A stretch of 64,000 bases of DNA from Candidatus Hadarchaeota archaeon. GTDB taxonomy: Archaea; Hadarchaeota; Hadarchaeia; Hadarchaeales; Hadarchaeaceae. How positions within the stretch are numbered: position 1 is the stretch's first letter; each line of letters begins with the position of its first letter. The stretch covers positions 49,683 through 113,682 of the forward strand of contig CAYFIY010000001.1 of the NCBI GenBank assembly GCA_964343275.1. Reading direction: 5' to 3'. Below the pieces are notes generated by a model. That model was not told the DNA's origin and searched no databases. It saw only the letters and a program-made list of their open reading frames with translations. Shown here piece after piece: positions 8,759 to 18,287 of the stretch. Both the position numbers and the translations under genes were made by a program.

Positions 8759-10021
8759 TTGCTCGCTCCTGAATATTTAGCAGTGCTGGACCCTTTTGCG
8801 GTCGAGGCTAAAAATATAGTTGGATCTTCGCAGCCTGTCGAAACCATGCCTCGAGAGATTATCGAGCGAGCCGTAAAAAGACTGAAGTGGTCGACTAGGG
8901 AGATGTTAGTTGAGCCAATTTTAGAAAATATTCGCGAAGAGGTGCTTTCATTTTACCTGATGTGTCAGGCTATCGCGTCGGTTTCATTTCCGGGCTCGCA
9001 TGAGGTACGCATTATCAGCAACGCCACTAGGGATACTGTAAGATACAGGATGTTTGATATCTTCAAGAGAGGTCAAGGAGAGCTGTGCATGGAGGCAGTC
9101 AAACGTTCAATGAGGATTCAGGAATTTCAAAATGTTGAAGGTATTAAGATAGGTGGGTTTGAAATTCCAAAGGGTGATTTTTACAAGTTACGAGATCAGA
9201 AGCTTGCTGAGGATGATATAGACACTGTGGACGATCGAATTCTTCCCCAGTATCTGCCTAAATACACGGTGTTTTGGACAGATTTGGCTCCATTGCTGAA
9301 ACACAGGCGCAAGGAACTGACCAGGCTGTATCTGGTCGGCGGCTGGGCCGTGATCACGCCGCGAGATCTTTGGGATCTCTATGCAAATTTCATCGCCGTT
9401 AGAACTGAGGAATATATTCAGTTAGTCTACGAGCGAATGTTGGAGTCTGGAGCTCAACCTTCGGGAGTACTTGCTGAGGTCGGCGAGAGAATTTCGTCCA
9501 TTTTACCTAAAGATGTAGGGTTTCGGGATAGTTTCGCTTGGGCTCAAGCTGGGAAGCTGCTCCCTGAATTTTTCCCTCCGTGTATCAAACTAGCCTTAAA
9601 CGGTGTCGGCGCGGGTTTAAGGAATTATGCCGTAATGATGTTGTTGACACCGTTTCTTTCATATGCTCGAGTTGCTCCGTCCGGAAAGATCGCCAATCGG
9701 ATGGCGGACTTCATCAAGGATATCTCGATTGTGCGTGGTGAGATTGCCCCACAGATTGTTGAGGCGGCAGAGAGGTGCAATCCCCCTTTGTTTAAAGATC
9801 AGCCTCAAGAAAAAGCTGGTATTTTTTACCACATGGGTTTCGGAATGACTGCCGAGCCGTTACTCTCCGATTCTGGGAGGTCCAAATGGTACCGAATGCC
9901 TAACTGTAACAAAATTCAGATGTCGGCACCACCTCTCTGTAAACCTGATGAGTTCTGTCGGAAGATAAAGAATCCATTGACCTACTACTTTAGAAAACGG
10001 TCTGAAGCGAGGGCCGGGTGA
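8759..10021 (+). CDS. priL: DNA primase large (regulatory) subunit PriL
   Basis: 420 aa; C-terminal Fe-S domain cysteines (PPCIKLA, ERCNPP, MPNCNK, PPLCKPDEFC); directly upstream of priS. Confidence 0.7.
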   Translation: MLAPEYLAVLDPFAVEAKNIVGSSQPVETMPREIIERAVKRLKWSTREMLVEPILENIREEVLSFYLMCQAIASVSFPGSHEVRIISNATRDTVRYRMFDIFKRGQGELCMEAVKRSMRIQEFQNVEGIKIGGFEIPKGDFYKLRDQKLAEDDIDTVDDRILPQYLPKYTVFWTDLAPLLKHRRKELTRLYLVGGWAVITPRDLWDLYANFIAVRTEEYIQLVYERMLESGAQPSGVLAEVGERISSILPKDVGFRDSFAWAQAGKLLPEFFPPCIKLALNGVGAGLRNYAVMMLLTPFLSYARVAPSGKIANRMADFIKDISIVRGEIAPQIVEAAERCNPPLFKDQPQEKAGIFYHMGFGMTAEPLLSDSGRSKWYRMPNCNKIQMSAPPLCKPDEFCRKIKNPLTYYFRKRSEARAG

Positions 10022-10031
10022 GGTAATTCGG

Positions 10032-10991
10032 ATGGAGATGCGTGAGGCGACGCCAGAGGAACGGAAGAGATTTTACGCGGAAGAATGGAACAAACGTGAA
10101 ATCCCAGACTTTATCTCACATACGCTTTCGCTCAGGGAATTCGGGTTCGATTTGGACGGCAGCGGCCCCAGCCATCGGTACAACCAATTCCTGACGGCTG
10201 ATAACTTGGGCAACTTCTTGCAGAACAGGGCACCTTATTCAGTTTTTGCCAGCGTGGCGTTGTACGAAAGACCATCGGCACGGGAAGGATGGTTAAAATC
10301 GGAACTGGCTCTAGACATAGACGCCAAGGATCTTCCGTTCAAGTATTGCAGGTGCTCGCTTGGGAAAGTCTGTGAGAATTGTATTGGTCTAGCCCGCGAA
10401 GTAGTAAAACAGTTCGCCGAGGTTCTTGTTGGAGATTTGGGGTTACGCAAGATAGATTTTGTCTATTCCGGTCGAGGATTTCACATTAGAGTTAATGACG
10501 ATGCGGTTACGACGCTAGAGGGTAACGAGAGGGCCCAGATTGTCGACTACTTGACGGGCGGTATGATTCCGGCCGATGTCACAATAGCTCAGGGATACCC
10601 CAAGGTCTTTCGCGAAAGAGTTGCAAGGACTTTTGAGGCAATGAACGAGGAAAAATTCCTCGAGGTGAAGGGAATACGGAAGCCGTTAGCCGATAAATTG
10701 TTGAAGGAAAAGACGCGGGCGCTCGAATTAATACGCGGAGGAAAGTTGGAGAATCTTTCCGGCTTGGTGGGGATGGGACCCAAAACATTCAGGCAGTTAT
10801 TGGAATTTATGACAAGGACAAATTTAGGGTTTACAGATGGCAAGGTGACTATTGATACCAAGCGCATCCTTCGTTTGCCTTCAAGTTTACACTCCGGGGT
10901 AAGTATGAAGTGCATGGTGATTCGAGATATTGATAGATTTAGATTGGAGGACGCAGTGCCAAATTTTGTGCATGAGGGGGGAATACCATAA
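10032..10991 (+). CDS. priS: DNA primase small (catalytic) subunit PriS
   Basis: ELALDIDAKDL catalytic DxD motif, CxxC..CxxC zinc knuckle, RLPSSLHSG motif; 319 aa. Confidence 0.85.
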   Translation: MEMREATPEERKRFYAEEWNKREIPDFISHTLSLREFGFDLDGSGPSHRYNQFLTADNLGNFLQNRAPYSVFASVALYERPSAREGWLKSELALDIDAKDLPFKYCRCSLGKVCENCIGLAREVVKQFAEVLVGDLGLRKIDFVYSGRGFHIRVNDDAVTTLEGNERAQIVDYLTGGMIPADVTIAQGYPKVFRERVARTFEAMNEEKFLEVKGIRKPLADKLLKEKTRALELIRGGKLENLSGLVGMGPKTFRQLLEFMTRTNLGFTDGKVTIDTKRILRLPSSLHSGVSMKCMVIRDIDRFRLEDAVPNFVHEGGIP

Positions 10992-11542
10992 TGGGTTTCT
11001 CGCTTGAGGGGTTAGTCAGAATTTACAAGGAAGAAAAAATATCCATGGAACTGGTCGAAATTTCAGATGATTTACATCAGATGGTTGCCAAACACGTGTC
11101 CCAGTTGACACACGAGTTAAAGCACGCAGACTCGTTTAGGAAGGAGTTATTGCAGGAAGAGCTAAGAAATGTGGTATTCATGGTTCAGGAGATTCACTTC
11201 GCGCGGGTCTCGAAGACGTTGAGTATAACAACTCAAAGTCGCCTCCCGGACCAGCTGATTGAACGCGAACGTTGTGCGTTCAGAGAAATAAGGCAGATTT
11301 TGGAAGAACTTCAGGCCGATCTTGTCCGTCCGGCAGTATCGGGAAAGGCCGAGGTTTCCGCTCCTCCCAACATAACTAACGTCCTTCTGTTGGTTTTAAC
11401 CGATGTCCCGGAAAAAATAATCGGTATAGATATGAGAAGTTATGGCCCCTTTACTGAGGGTGAGGTGGTGAACATACCGGAGCCGAATGCGGAAATGATG
11501 GCAAGGCATGGTCTGGCAAGAAAAATAACCGTTAAAGTCTAA
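10991..11542 (+). CDS. GINS subunit Gins15 (Gins51-like), tentative
   Basis: N-terminal helical A-domain pattern (LVRIYKEEKISMELVEISDDLHQMV...ELLQEELRNV) plus a C-terminal B domain; TAATG overlap with the priS stop; gins15-priS linkage is common in archaea. Confidence 0.55.
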   Translation: MGFSLEGLVRIYKEEKISMELVEISDDLHQMVAKHVSQLTHELKHADSFRKELLQEELRNVVFMVQEIHFARVSKTLSITTQSRLPDQLIERERCAFREIRQILEELQADLVRPAVSGKAEVSAPPNITNVLLLVLTDVPEKIIGIDMRSYGPFTEGEVVNIPEPNAEMMARHGLARKITVKV

Positions 11543-11594
11543 GGAGCGATACCTTTTTTTCGTGAAAAAACGCTCAAATTTGTGAGGAAGGGGA

Positions 11595-11873
11595 ATGATA
11601 ATACCTAAAAAAATTAGAACGTATTGTCCATCTTGCAGGAAGCATAGCGAGCACAACGTTACTCAGTTGAAGAAGAGATCAGCTCGTCCCCTCAGTTGGG
11701 GCCAGCGCCAGTTTGCGAGAGTCACCGCAGGCTACGGCAGCCAGCCAAGATCAGAACAGAAGAAGTTCTCCAAGGCATCTAAAAAAATAGTCTTAATGCT
11801 GAAATGCAAAGTATGTAAGAAATCTCATCCTCGCAAGGGTTTCAGGAGCAAAGGCGTGAAGTTCGGGGAATGA
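11595..11873 (+). CDS. rpl44e: 50S ribosomal protein L44e
   Basis: MIIPKKIRTYCPSCRKHSEH...LKCKVCKKS zinc-ribbon L44e signature. Confidence 0.9.
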   Translation: MIIPKKIRTYCPSCRKHSEHNVTQLKKRSARPLSWGQRQFARVTAGYGSQPRSEQKKFSKASKKIVLMLKCKVCKKSHPRKGFRSKGVKFGE

Positions 11874-11877
11874 TGAC

Positions 11878-12057
11878 ATGACTGATAAGCGTCGGTCGAG
11901 GTTTTTGCTCGTGAAGTGCACTGAATGTGAAAATGAACAGCTGGTGTTCAGTTGCGCGAGCACCGTTGTTAAATGTCAGGTATGCAGCGAGACGCTCTCG
12001 GTTCCCCGTGGGGGCAAAGCCGAGGTGAGGGCAACGTTGTTGGGGGCGGTGGAGTAG
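11878..12057 (+). CDS. rps27e: 30S ribosomal protein S27e (59 aa; not in supplied ORF track)
   Basis: MTDKRRSRFLLVKCTECENEQLVFSCASTVVKCQVCSETLSVPRGGKAEV: the C4 zinc-finger S27e signature; ATG 11878, TAG 12055-12057. Confidence 0.88.
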   Translation: MTDKRRSRFLLVKCTECENEQLVFSCASTVVKCQVCSETLSVPRGGKAEVRATLLGAVE

Positions 12058-12065
12058 GGAAGGGT

Positions 12066-12854
12066 ATGGTAAGATACAAATCTGAGTGGCCGCCGATAGA
12101 AGATCTCGTGATGTGCACGGTAAAGAAGGTGTTCGCTCAGGGGGCTTTTCTTGCCCTAGACGAGTACGGCGGAAAAGAAGGCATGGTCCATCTGTCGGAA
12201 ATCGCCTCAGGCTGGATCAAGAATATCAGGGATCATGTTCGTGAGAATCAAAAAGTTGTAGGTAAAGTCCTTGCAGTTGACCCAAAGAGAAAACATGTGG
12301 ACCTTTCCATCAGGCGGGTGAAAGATGGAGAACGTAGGTGGAAGGCCCAGCGGGTGAAACTTAATCAGAGGGCGGAGAAGCTATTGGAAATGGCGGCCAA
12401 CAAGCTCGGGAAGAATTTAGATCAAGCATACGAGGAGATAGGTTACGTGCTGCAGGAAAAGTTCGGCGACTTACATTCTGCCATGGAGGATGCCGTTAAA
12501 GACATCGGTAACATCGCTGGCATTGCAGGTGAGGATTGGACAAACGCCATCATCGATATTGCAGGTTCGGCGATACAATCCCCTTCGTACAAAGTTTCGG
12601 GTTATATGACCCTTAGCTCTCTCGCCCCCGATGGAGTGGATATTATAAAGTCGGTTATGATAAACGCCCGAGATTCAATAAATGATAGCGATACCAACAT
12701 TGAACTTTACTATTTAGGGGCCCCCAAGTACAGGGTCGAAGTTACAGCTAGTTCTTACAAAGTAGCTGAAAACGTTATGCAACGGGCGGCTAAAATGATG
12801 GTTGAATCCTTGACGAAGGTAGGCGGAAAGGGTGAATTCATGAGGGCGGGTTGA
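12066..12854 (+). CDS. eif2a: translation initiation factor 2 alpha subunit (aIF2-alpha)
   Basis: S1 domain [35 protein letters not shown] followed by helical and alpha-beta domains; the track ORF starts earlier (11973) but the ATG at 12066 ([10 protein letters not shown]) matches the family start. Confidence 0.88.
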   Translation: MVRYKSEWPPIEDLVMCTVKKVFAQGAFLALDEYGGKEGMVHLSEIASGWIKNIRDHVRENQKVVGKVLAVDPKRKHVDLSIRRVKDGERRWKAQRVKLNQRAEKLLEMAANKLGKNLDQAYEEIGYVLQEKFGDLHSAMEDAVKDIGNIAGIAGEDWTNAIIDIAGSAIQSPSYKVSGYMTLSSLAPDGVDIIKSVMINARDSINDSDTNIELYYLGAPKYRVEVTASSYKVAENVMQRAAKMMVESLTKVGGKGEFMRAG

Positions 12855-12861
12855 AGTGAAG

Positions 12862-13017
12862 ATGAAAAAATGTAAGCCGTGCGGAACTTATGTTTTTAAG
12901 GATATTTGCCCCAACTGCGGTGGACCGACGATCTCACCTCATCCGGCTAGGTTTTCACCTAAAGATCCATACGGGAAATATAGGAGGATCTTGAAAAAAC
13001 AGGCGTTGATAAAGTGA
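12862..13017 (+). CDS. nop10: H/ACA ribonucleoprotein subunit Nop10 (51 aa; not in supplied ORF track)
   Basis: [21 protein letters not shown] zinc ribbon plus [15 protein letters not shown] Nop10 signature; GTGA overlap with the next gene. Confidence 0.88.
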   Translation: MKKCKPCGTYVFKDICPNCGGPTISPHPARFSPKDPYGKYRRILKKQALIK

Positions 13018-13775
13018 AGAAAACTATGATTGAAGAGCTCGCCAAGCCAAAATTGAAGAGTCCGATTTTGATCGCTGGACTCCCAGGGATGGGTTACGTG
13101 GGAAAGCTTGCTGCCGAGCATTTGGCGACAAAACTTCACGCGAAAAAGTTTGCCGAGCTATTCTCTCCGCACTTCCCCCATCACGTGGTGGTCGAGGGCA
13201 AGGGGATTATCAGGCTGCCGCGAAATGAGTTTTATTGGGCACAAACGGACGGCAAAAGCGTGGTGATATTGTCTGGGGATGTGCAGTCGATAACACCGGA
13301 TGGCCATTACGATGTCGTTGAAAATGTACTGGATTTCGTGGATGTGATGCAAATCAGTCAGCTTTTTACTTTGGGTGGTTATGCGACAGGAAAATTCTCG
13401 AAAGCGACGCCAAAGGTGGTCGGAATCGGCGATCGTGAATTGCTTAAGATCACCAAGAATTATGGTGCAACTGTCGAAAGTAGTGGAGGTCCCATAATTG
13501 GAGCTGCGGGACTCTTGGTTGGTCTGGGAAAATTTCGAAAGATACCTGGCGTTTGTCTGTTGGGGGAGACACACGGAATGCTCGTGGATCACCGTGCAGC
13601 CAAGGCGGTTCTTCAGGTTTTGGTAAATATGTTGGGCCTGAAAGTAAATATGAAGAACTTGGAACAGCGGGCGAAGACAACGGAGCAAATGATCGATAAA
13701 GTTCACAGAGAGATAATTACCCAGGAGGATAAGGTTAGAAAGCGCGAACGAGACGAGTCTTGGTACATAGGTTGA
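13014..13775 (+). CDS. PAC2-family proteasome assembly chaperone (COG1938)
   Basis: [21 protein letters not shown] glycine-rich N-terminal motif of PAC2/PbaB family; conserved position downstream of nop10. Confidence 0.7.
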   Translation: MKKTMIEELAKPKLKSPILIAGLPGMGYVGKLAAEHLATKLHAKKFAELFSPHFPHHVVVEGKGIIRLPRNEFYWAQTDGKSVVILSGDVQSITPDGHYDVVENVLDFVDVMQISQLFTLGGYATGKFSKATPKVVGIGDRELLKITKNYGATVESSGGPIIGAAGLLVGLGKFRKIPGVCLLGETHGMLVDHRAAKAVLQVLVNMLGLKVNMKNLEQRAKTTEQMIDKVHREIITQEDKVRKRERDESWYIG

Positions 13776-13789
13776 CCTCCACCCCCTGT

Positions 13790-13815
13790 TGTTTATTGAA
13801 AATGCTTTTTCTCGT
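13790..13815 (+). terminator. T-rich tract downstream of the PAC2 gene (candidate archaeal terminator)
   Basis: GTTTATTGAAAATGCTTTTTCTCG immediately after the stop. Confidence 0.3.
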
Positions 13816-13862
13816 ATGCGCTGGTAATATAGTAAATAGCAGTAGGGATACTGGGTGGGAAT

Positions 13863-15101
13863 TTGGCTGAGCTTCGAACTTTTTCATCCGACTTGCACAT
13901 CCACTCGAAATACTCTGGGGCGACTTCAAGGAAAATGGATATCGGCACCATAGCGCAACAAGCTAGGCTCAAAGGACTCACTTTTGTGGGGACAGGAGAT
14001 GTTTTTCATCCCATGTGGCTGAGCAGTTTGAAGGACGAGTTGACTGAAGTTGCGGATGGAACTTTTGAGCACCCTCGCCATACAGTGAGATTCCTCTTGA
14101 CGGTGGAAGTTGAGGACAACAGTCGTGTCCACCACTTGATAATCCTTCCTTCCATATCCGCGGTGGAATGCGTTCGCGAAAAACTTGCCAAACATTCCGA
14201 TGATATGGATGTGGATGGAAGGGCACGCGTTGATATGAGTGCTCTAGAGGTAGCGGAAATTGTCACCTCGAACGACGGGTTGATCGGCCCGTCACATGCT
14301 TTCACTCCCTGGACCAGTATCTACAAGGAGTTCAACAGCATCGGGGATTGTTACAAAGATCAGCTAAATAAGGTAAGTTTTATGGAGCTTGGACTGAGCG
14401 CGGACACCGACATGGCCGACCGAATTGTTGAGCTGGCCGGCTTGACTTTTCTGTCCAATAGCGACGCCCATTCCCCATGGCCCAACAAGTTGGGTAGGGA
14501 ATTCAATCGCATGAGTCTGGCCGAGCCAACACATGCGGAAGTAGTCATGGCGATTAAGCGCGAGAATGGCAGGCGGATTCATTTGAACGTGGGCTTCGAC
14601 CCCCGATTGGGCAAATACTACATCACGGCATGTTCTCGCTGTTTTAAACAGTTCTTGATGGAAGAAGCCGATAAGATGCGGTGGCGGTGTGACAAATGTA
14701 ACGGCTGGATAAAAAAAGGAGTGTGGGATAGGATAAGCGATCTCGCGAGCTATCCCGATCCGAAACATGCCCCACACCGGCCAGATTACTTGAGGATTGC
14801 TCCACTTGCTGAAGTTATAGGGCTGGCCATGGGAAAAGACCCTCATTCGCCTAACGTCCAATCGGAGTGGAGCCAGCTCGTCACTCGATTTGGCGATGAG
14901 ATATCAGTTTTGCTAGATACATCCCAAGAGTCACTTTCCGCCGTCACTAATCCGCATGTAGTGGGAATTATAAAGGCATTTAGGTTAGGTACATTAAAGG
15001 TAATCGCAGGCGGAGGCGGGCGCTATGGGCACCTCGAAATACCAGCGGAAATGGCCAAAGTGTTGCCATCTAAACCACAGAGAAAACTAACGGAGTTTTA
15101 G
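13863..15101 (+). CDS. PHP-family phosphoesterase with C-terminal Zn ribbon (COG1379-like)
   Basis: DLHIHSKYSGAT PHP metal-binding motif at the N-terminus; C-terminal CSRCFKQF...CDKCNGW ribbon. Confidence 0.7.
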   Translation: MAELRTFSSDLHIHSKYSGATSRKMDIGTIAQQARLKGLTFVGTGDVFHPMWLSSLKDELTEVADGTFEHPRHTVRFLLTVEVEDNSRVHHLIILPSISAVECVREKLAKHSDDMDVDGRARVDMSALEVAEIVTSNDGLIGPSHAFTPWTSIYKEFNSIGDCYKDQLNKVSFMELGLSADTDMADRIVELAGLTFLSNSDAHSPWPNKLGREFNRMSLAEPTHAEVVMAIKRENGRRIHLNVGFDPRLGKYYITACSRCFKQFLMEEADKMRWRCDKCNGWIKKGVWDRISDLASYPDPKHAPHRPDYLRIAPLAEVIGLAMGKDPHSPNVQSEWSQLVTRFGDEISVLLDTSQESLSAVTNPHVVGIIKAFRLGTLKVIAGGGGRYGHLEIPAEMAKVLPSKPQRKLTEF

Positions 15102-15103
15102 CC

Positions 15104-15277
15104 ATGGAAGTGGAACTAGATCATTGCATTAGATGTGGCGCCTGTGTTAGTGTGTGTCCCTTCGACGCGATAGAGGCCACCGACGGCTACGTACGGCCTA
15201 ACTCCAGGTGCACGGATTGTGGCTTATGCGTTAGAATTTGTCCTTTTGGGGCGATAATCATTGAGAAAAAAATATGA
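15104..15277 (+). CDS. 2x[4Fe-4S] ferredoxin (57 aa; not in supplied ORF track)
   Basis: MEVELDHCIRCGACVSVCPFDAI...CTDCGLCVRICPFGAI: two CxxCxxCxxxCP motifs; 3' end overlaps the GGR start. Confidence 0.8.
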   Translation: MEVELDHCIRCGACVSVCPFDAIEATDGYVRPNSRCTDCGLCVRICPFGAIIIEKKI

Positions 15278-16448
15278 TGTCTTGGTAGTGGGGGCCGGTC
15301 CCTCCGGATCGATGGCGGCCTGTTCTGCCGCCAAAAGCGGGGCGAGCGTTCTGATGCTGGACCGCCGCAGGGAGCTTGGGATTCCGGTCCAATGTGGCGA
15401 GGCGTTAGCGGAGGACGTGCTTAAGGAGCTGAAAATCAAACCAGATCCTGCTTGGGCGCCTGGGCGTACTAAATCGGTCAAAATAGTCTCCCCCTCGGGT
15501 ACTGAGATTCACATTTCGGAGCCGAAGGTGACCGGAAAAGTTGGCTACGTCATCAATAGAAAAATTTTCGATAAATTCCTCGCAACCATGGCGGCGAAGG
15601 CTGGAGCTACCGTGATGGTGGCAACATATGTTGACGGATTGATCTCGAAAGACGGTAAAATAAAAGGAGTCAGAGCTAAAAATCTTGGCGGCATACTTGA
15701 AGTTAACGCTGACGTGGTTGTAGGAGCCGATGGAGTGGGCTCTCGCGTGGCTCGCTGGGCAGGACTAAACACCACTCTCAAGCTTAACGATATTGAAACC
15801 TGCGCCCAGTTCCAAATGGTCGGGGTGGATTTCGAATCGCCTGAAATGTTGGAGTTTTATATCAGCAATAGGATATCGCCAGGCGGCTATGCTTGGGTTT
15901 TTCCAAAGGGCGATGATTTAGCCAACGTGGGTCTTGGTGTTCTCGGTAGCAGGACCCAGCGAAAGCCCATCGAATTTCTAAGGGATTTTGTTGCCAGCAC
16001 TCCGGGACTAGCGAAGGGGAAGGTGGTGGAGATAAACGGCGGCGGTGTTCCAGTAAGTGGCCCAGCCAAAAAAACCGTGAAGGATAACCTGATTTTAGTC
16101 GGGGATGCAGCGCACCAGGTGAATGCTCTTACTGGAGGGGGGATAGATTCTGCCATGCGCGCGGGGCACATTGCTGGCGAGGTGGCGGCAAATGCCGTCG
16201 CTGAGAGAGATACCTCGGAGAAGAGGCTCGAGGAGTACGAGAGGTTATGGCGGAAACAGATGGGGAAGAAGCTCCAAAAATACTTGAAAGCCAAGAACGT
16301 GCTGCTCAATTTAAATGACGAAGAGCTTGATGCTCTCGCCCGTACCCTAAGCAAGGTCAGGTTTGACAGGATAAGCCTGATGGATATACTAAAAACGCTC
16401 ATCAGGTCTCATCCCAAACTTCTCTGGAAGCTCAAGGGACTGATGTAG
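15261..16448 (+). CDS. geranylgeranyl reductase family (digeranylgeranylglycerophospholipid reductase-like)
   Basis: FAD fold VLVVGAGPSGSMAACSAAKSG, GGR family length; TTG start in the track; paired with ferredoxin. Confidence 0.8.
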   Translation: MRKKYDVLVVGAGPSGSMAACSAAKSGASVLMLDRRRELGIPVQCGEALAEDVLKELKIKPDPAWAPGRTKSVKIVSPSGTEIHISEPKVTGKVGYVINRKIFDKFLATMAAKAGATVMVATYVDGLISKDGKIKGVRAKNLGGILEVNADVVVGADGVGSRVARWAGLNTTLKLNDIETCAQFQMVGVDFESPEMLEFYISNRISPGGYAWVFPKGDDLANVGLGVLGSRTQRKPIEFLRDFVASTPGLAKGKVVEINGGGVPVSGPAKKTVKDNLILVGDAAHQVNALTGGGIDSAMRAGHIAGEVAANAVAERDTSEKRLEEYERLWRKQMGKKLQKYLKAKNVLLNLNDEELDALARTLSKVRFDRISLMDILKTLIRSHPKLLWKLKGLM

Positions 16449-16539
16449 GATTGCATTCCTGCTTAAAATTATTGTCACGAGTTTTTTGCACCAGTCGAAC
16501 GATACCCTAGATGATAGTACGTTTGTGATTTAATAATCT

Positions 16540-16560
16540 CTTAGGCAATGGCTACCTAAG
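16540..16560. promoter_or_regulatory. 6-bp-stem inverted repeat CTTAGG-N9-CCTAAG upstream of tpiA
   Basis: Perfect palindromic arms seen directly; TATA-like AAATATATT at about 16603 lies 30 bp before the tpiA start. Confidence 0.3.
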
Positions 16561-16636
16561 AATTGCAATCTTCGCATTCACATAGGTCGACGATTTTCGC
16601 TAAATATATTAGCCATCAACCTGATGTTCACGGTGT

Positions 16637-17323
16637 GTGAGAATGTTGAAAACTCCAATCGTTATAGTAAACTTCAAGACTTATCCTGAGTCGACTGGAG
16701 AAGAAGCGGTCAAGCTTGCCGAGTTGATTTCAGAAGAGAGTGAGTCTCGAGGCGTCTCGATAGCGGTGGCCCCCCAGGTAGCTGATATCTCCAAGATTAC
16801 AGAGAGGGTTAGGATTCCAGTCTTGGCACAACACATAGATCTAATTAAGCCCGGCAGAAATACCGGATGGATTACTCCGGAATCAGTCAAGGCTGCGGGA
16901 GCCGTGGGAACACTGGTGAATCACTCTGAACATAAACTTCCTCATGACCAGGTTGGAGAAATTATAGCAAGGGCAAATGAAGTTGGATTGTCGACAGTGG
17001 TCTGTACGGAGGATATCGATGAAAGCCGGAAGATAGCGGTTATAGGGCCGGAGGTGATTGCCGTTGAGCCTCCGGAGCTCATCGGAACCGGTGTATCTGT
17101 TTCAAAATCAAAGCCCGAAGTGGTTGTAAACTCGGTGAAGATCGTTAAGGATGTGAATCTGAAGATAAAGGTTCTATGTGGGGCAGGTATAACCTTAGGT
17201 GAGGACGTCGCTAAGGTCTTGGAACTTGGAGCCGAGGGTGTCTTAATAGCTTCAGGGGTGGTGCGCGCGAAGGATAAGCGAGCGGCCATCAAGGATATCA
17301 TCCAGGGAATGCTAAAGCGGTAA
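16637..17323 (+). CDS. tpiA: triosephosphate isomerase (archaeal short form)
   Basis: IVNFKTYPESTG N-terminal TIM signature, about 225 aa. Confidence 0.88.
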   Translation: MRMLKTPIVIVNFKTYPESTGEEAVKLAELISEESESRGVSIAVAPQVADISKITERVRIPVLAQHIDLIKPGRNTGWITPESVKAAGAVGTLVNHSEHKLPHDQVGEIIARANEVGLSTVVCTEDIDESRKIAVIGPEVIAVEPPELIGTGVSVSKSKPEVVVNSVKIVKDVNLKIKVLCGAGITLGEDVAKVLELGAEGVLIASGVVRAKDKRAAIKDIIQGMLKR

Positions 17324-17402
17324 ACTTACCTATTTTTATGCACGAGTTCCTTTGTTGGATGTCAGTAACGTATTTTTCTCTTAAGAACTTACGGATTGTA
17401 GG

Positions 17403-17477
17403 GCCGCCGTGGCTCAGTGGTAGAGCGATGGTTTTGTAAACCATAGGTCGTGAGTCCAATCCTCACCGGCGGCTCCA
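17403..17477 (+). tRNA. tRNA-Thr(UGU), intron-less, CCA encoded
   Basis: Fold: GCCGCCG-TG-GCTC-AGTGGTA-GAGC-G-ATGGT-TTTGTAA-ACCAT-AGGTC-GTGAG-TCCAATC-CTCAC-CGGCGGC-T-CCA. Confidence 0.85.
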
Positions 17478-17498
17478 CGTTTAAGCATCTAAATTCAG

Positions 17499-18287
17499 AT
17501 GACAATTGGTGGTGATATGGCAACGGGATTTGTAGGTCAGATATTTAACTCGATACAGGGGGAGGGGTTATACGCTGGGAGGAGGCAGGTTTTTGTTCGT
17601 TTTGCCGGATGCTCGCTTGATTGCGTATATTGTGATACAGATGGTTTCCGCCAGTTCAAGTTGCCAAAATGCGAGATTGAAACAAGCCCAAGTTCTGGTA
17701 AACTCAATACTGAGTTAAACCCCATGACTCACGCCGCAGTTATCGGCCACTTACGGCGTTTGGTGACCCCTGATATCCACAGCGTATCCCTGACTGGTGG
17801 AGAACCATTGCAGGCAGGGGACTTTTTGTTGGATATCGCCAGAGACTGCAAGCGAGAAGGTTTAGCAACTTATCTCGAGACCAACGGTTCAAACAGCAAT
17901 GCGATGAGGAAAATAGTTCAATATACAGATTTCGCGGCCATCGATATCAAGCTTCCTGAACACCATGCTGTCCCTGCTCATACCTGGCCCAGTTTGCTCC
18001 GGGAAGAATTGTCGTGTGTGAAACTATCGCTCGAAAATGAGGTGGATACTTTTGTTAAGGTTGTGGTGCTTCCTAGAACTAGCGAGAAAATAGTAGCTGG
18101 AGTTTGTAAAAAATTGGTAAAAATTGGGAAGGTTCCTCTGGTGCTTCAACCAGTGTACCCTGCTAGGATGATCAAAAGGTTCCCATCGATGACACACGTT
18201 TATCATATCGCCCAATCTGCGGCCAAGGCGGGCATAAATGAGATAGCAATAATACCTCAAATTAACAAACTTATAGGGGTATTCTGA
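17499..18287 (+). CDS. queE: 7-carboxy-7-deazaguanine synthase QueE (radical SAM)
   Basis: FNSIQGEG...VFVRFAGCSLDCVYCDT radical SAM/QueE signature. Confidence 0.85.
   Translation: MTIGGDMATGFVGQIFNSIQGEGLYAGRRQVFVRFAGCSLDCVYCDTDGFRQFKLPKCEIETSPSSGKLNTELNPMTHAAVIGHLRRLVTPDIHSVSLTGGEPLQAGDFLLDIARDCKREGLATYLETNGSNSNAMRKIVQYTDFAAIDIKLPEHHAVPAHTWPSLLREELSCVKLSLENEVDTFVKVVVLPRTSEKIVAGVCKKLVKIGKVPLVLQPVYPARMIKRFPSMTHVYHIAQSAAKAGINEIAIIPQINKLIGVF

Noticed and set aside
13014-13775. ATP-grasp enzyme annotation for the PAC2-type protein
   Set aside because: The older COG label of ATP-grasp superfamily is superseded; the glycine-rich N-terminal motif and the operon context fit the PAC2 proteasome-assembly-chaperone family
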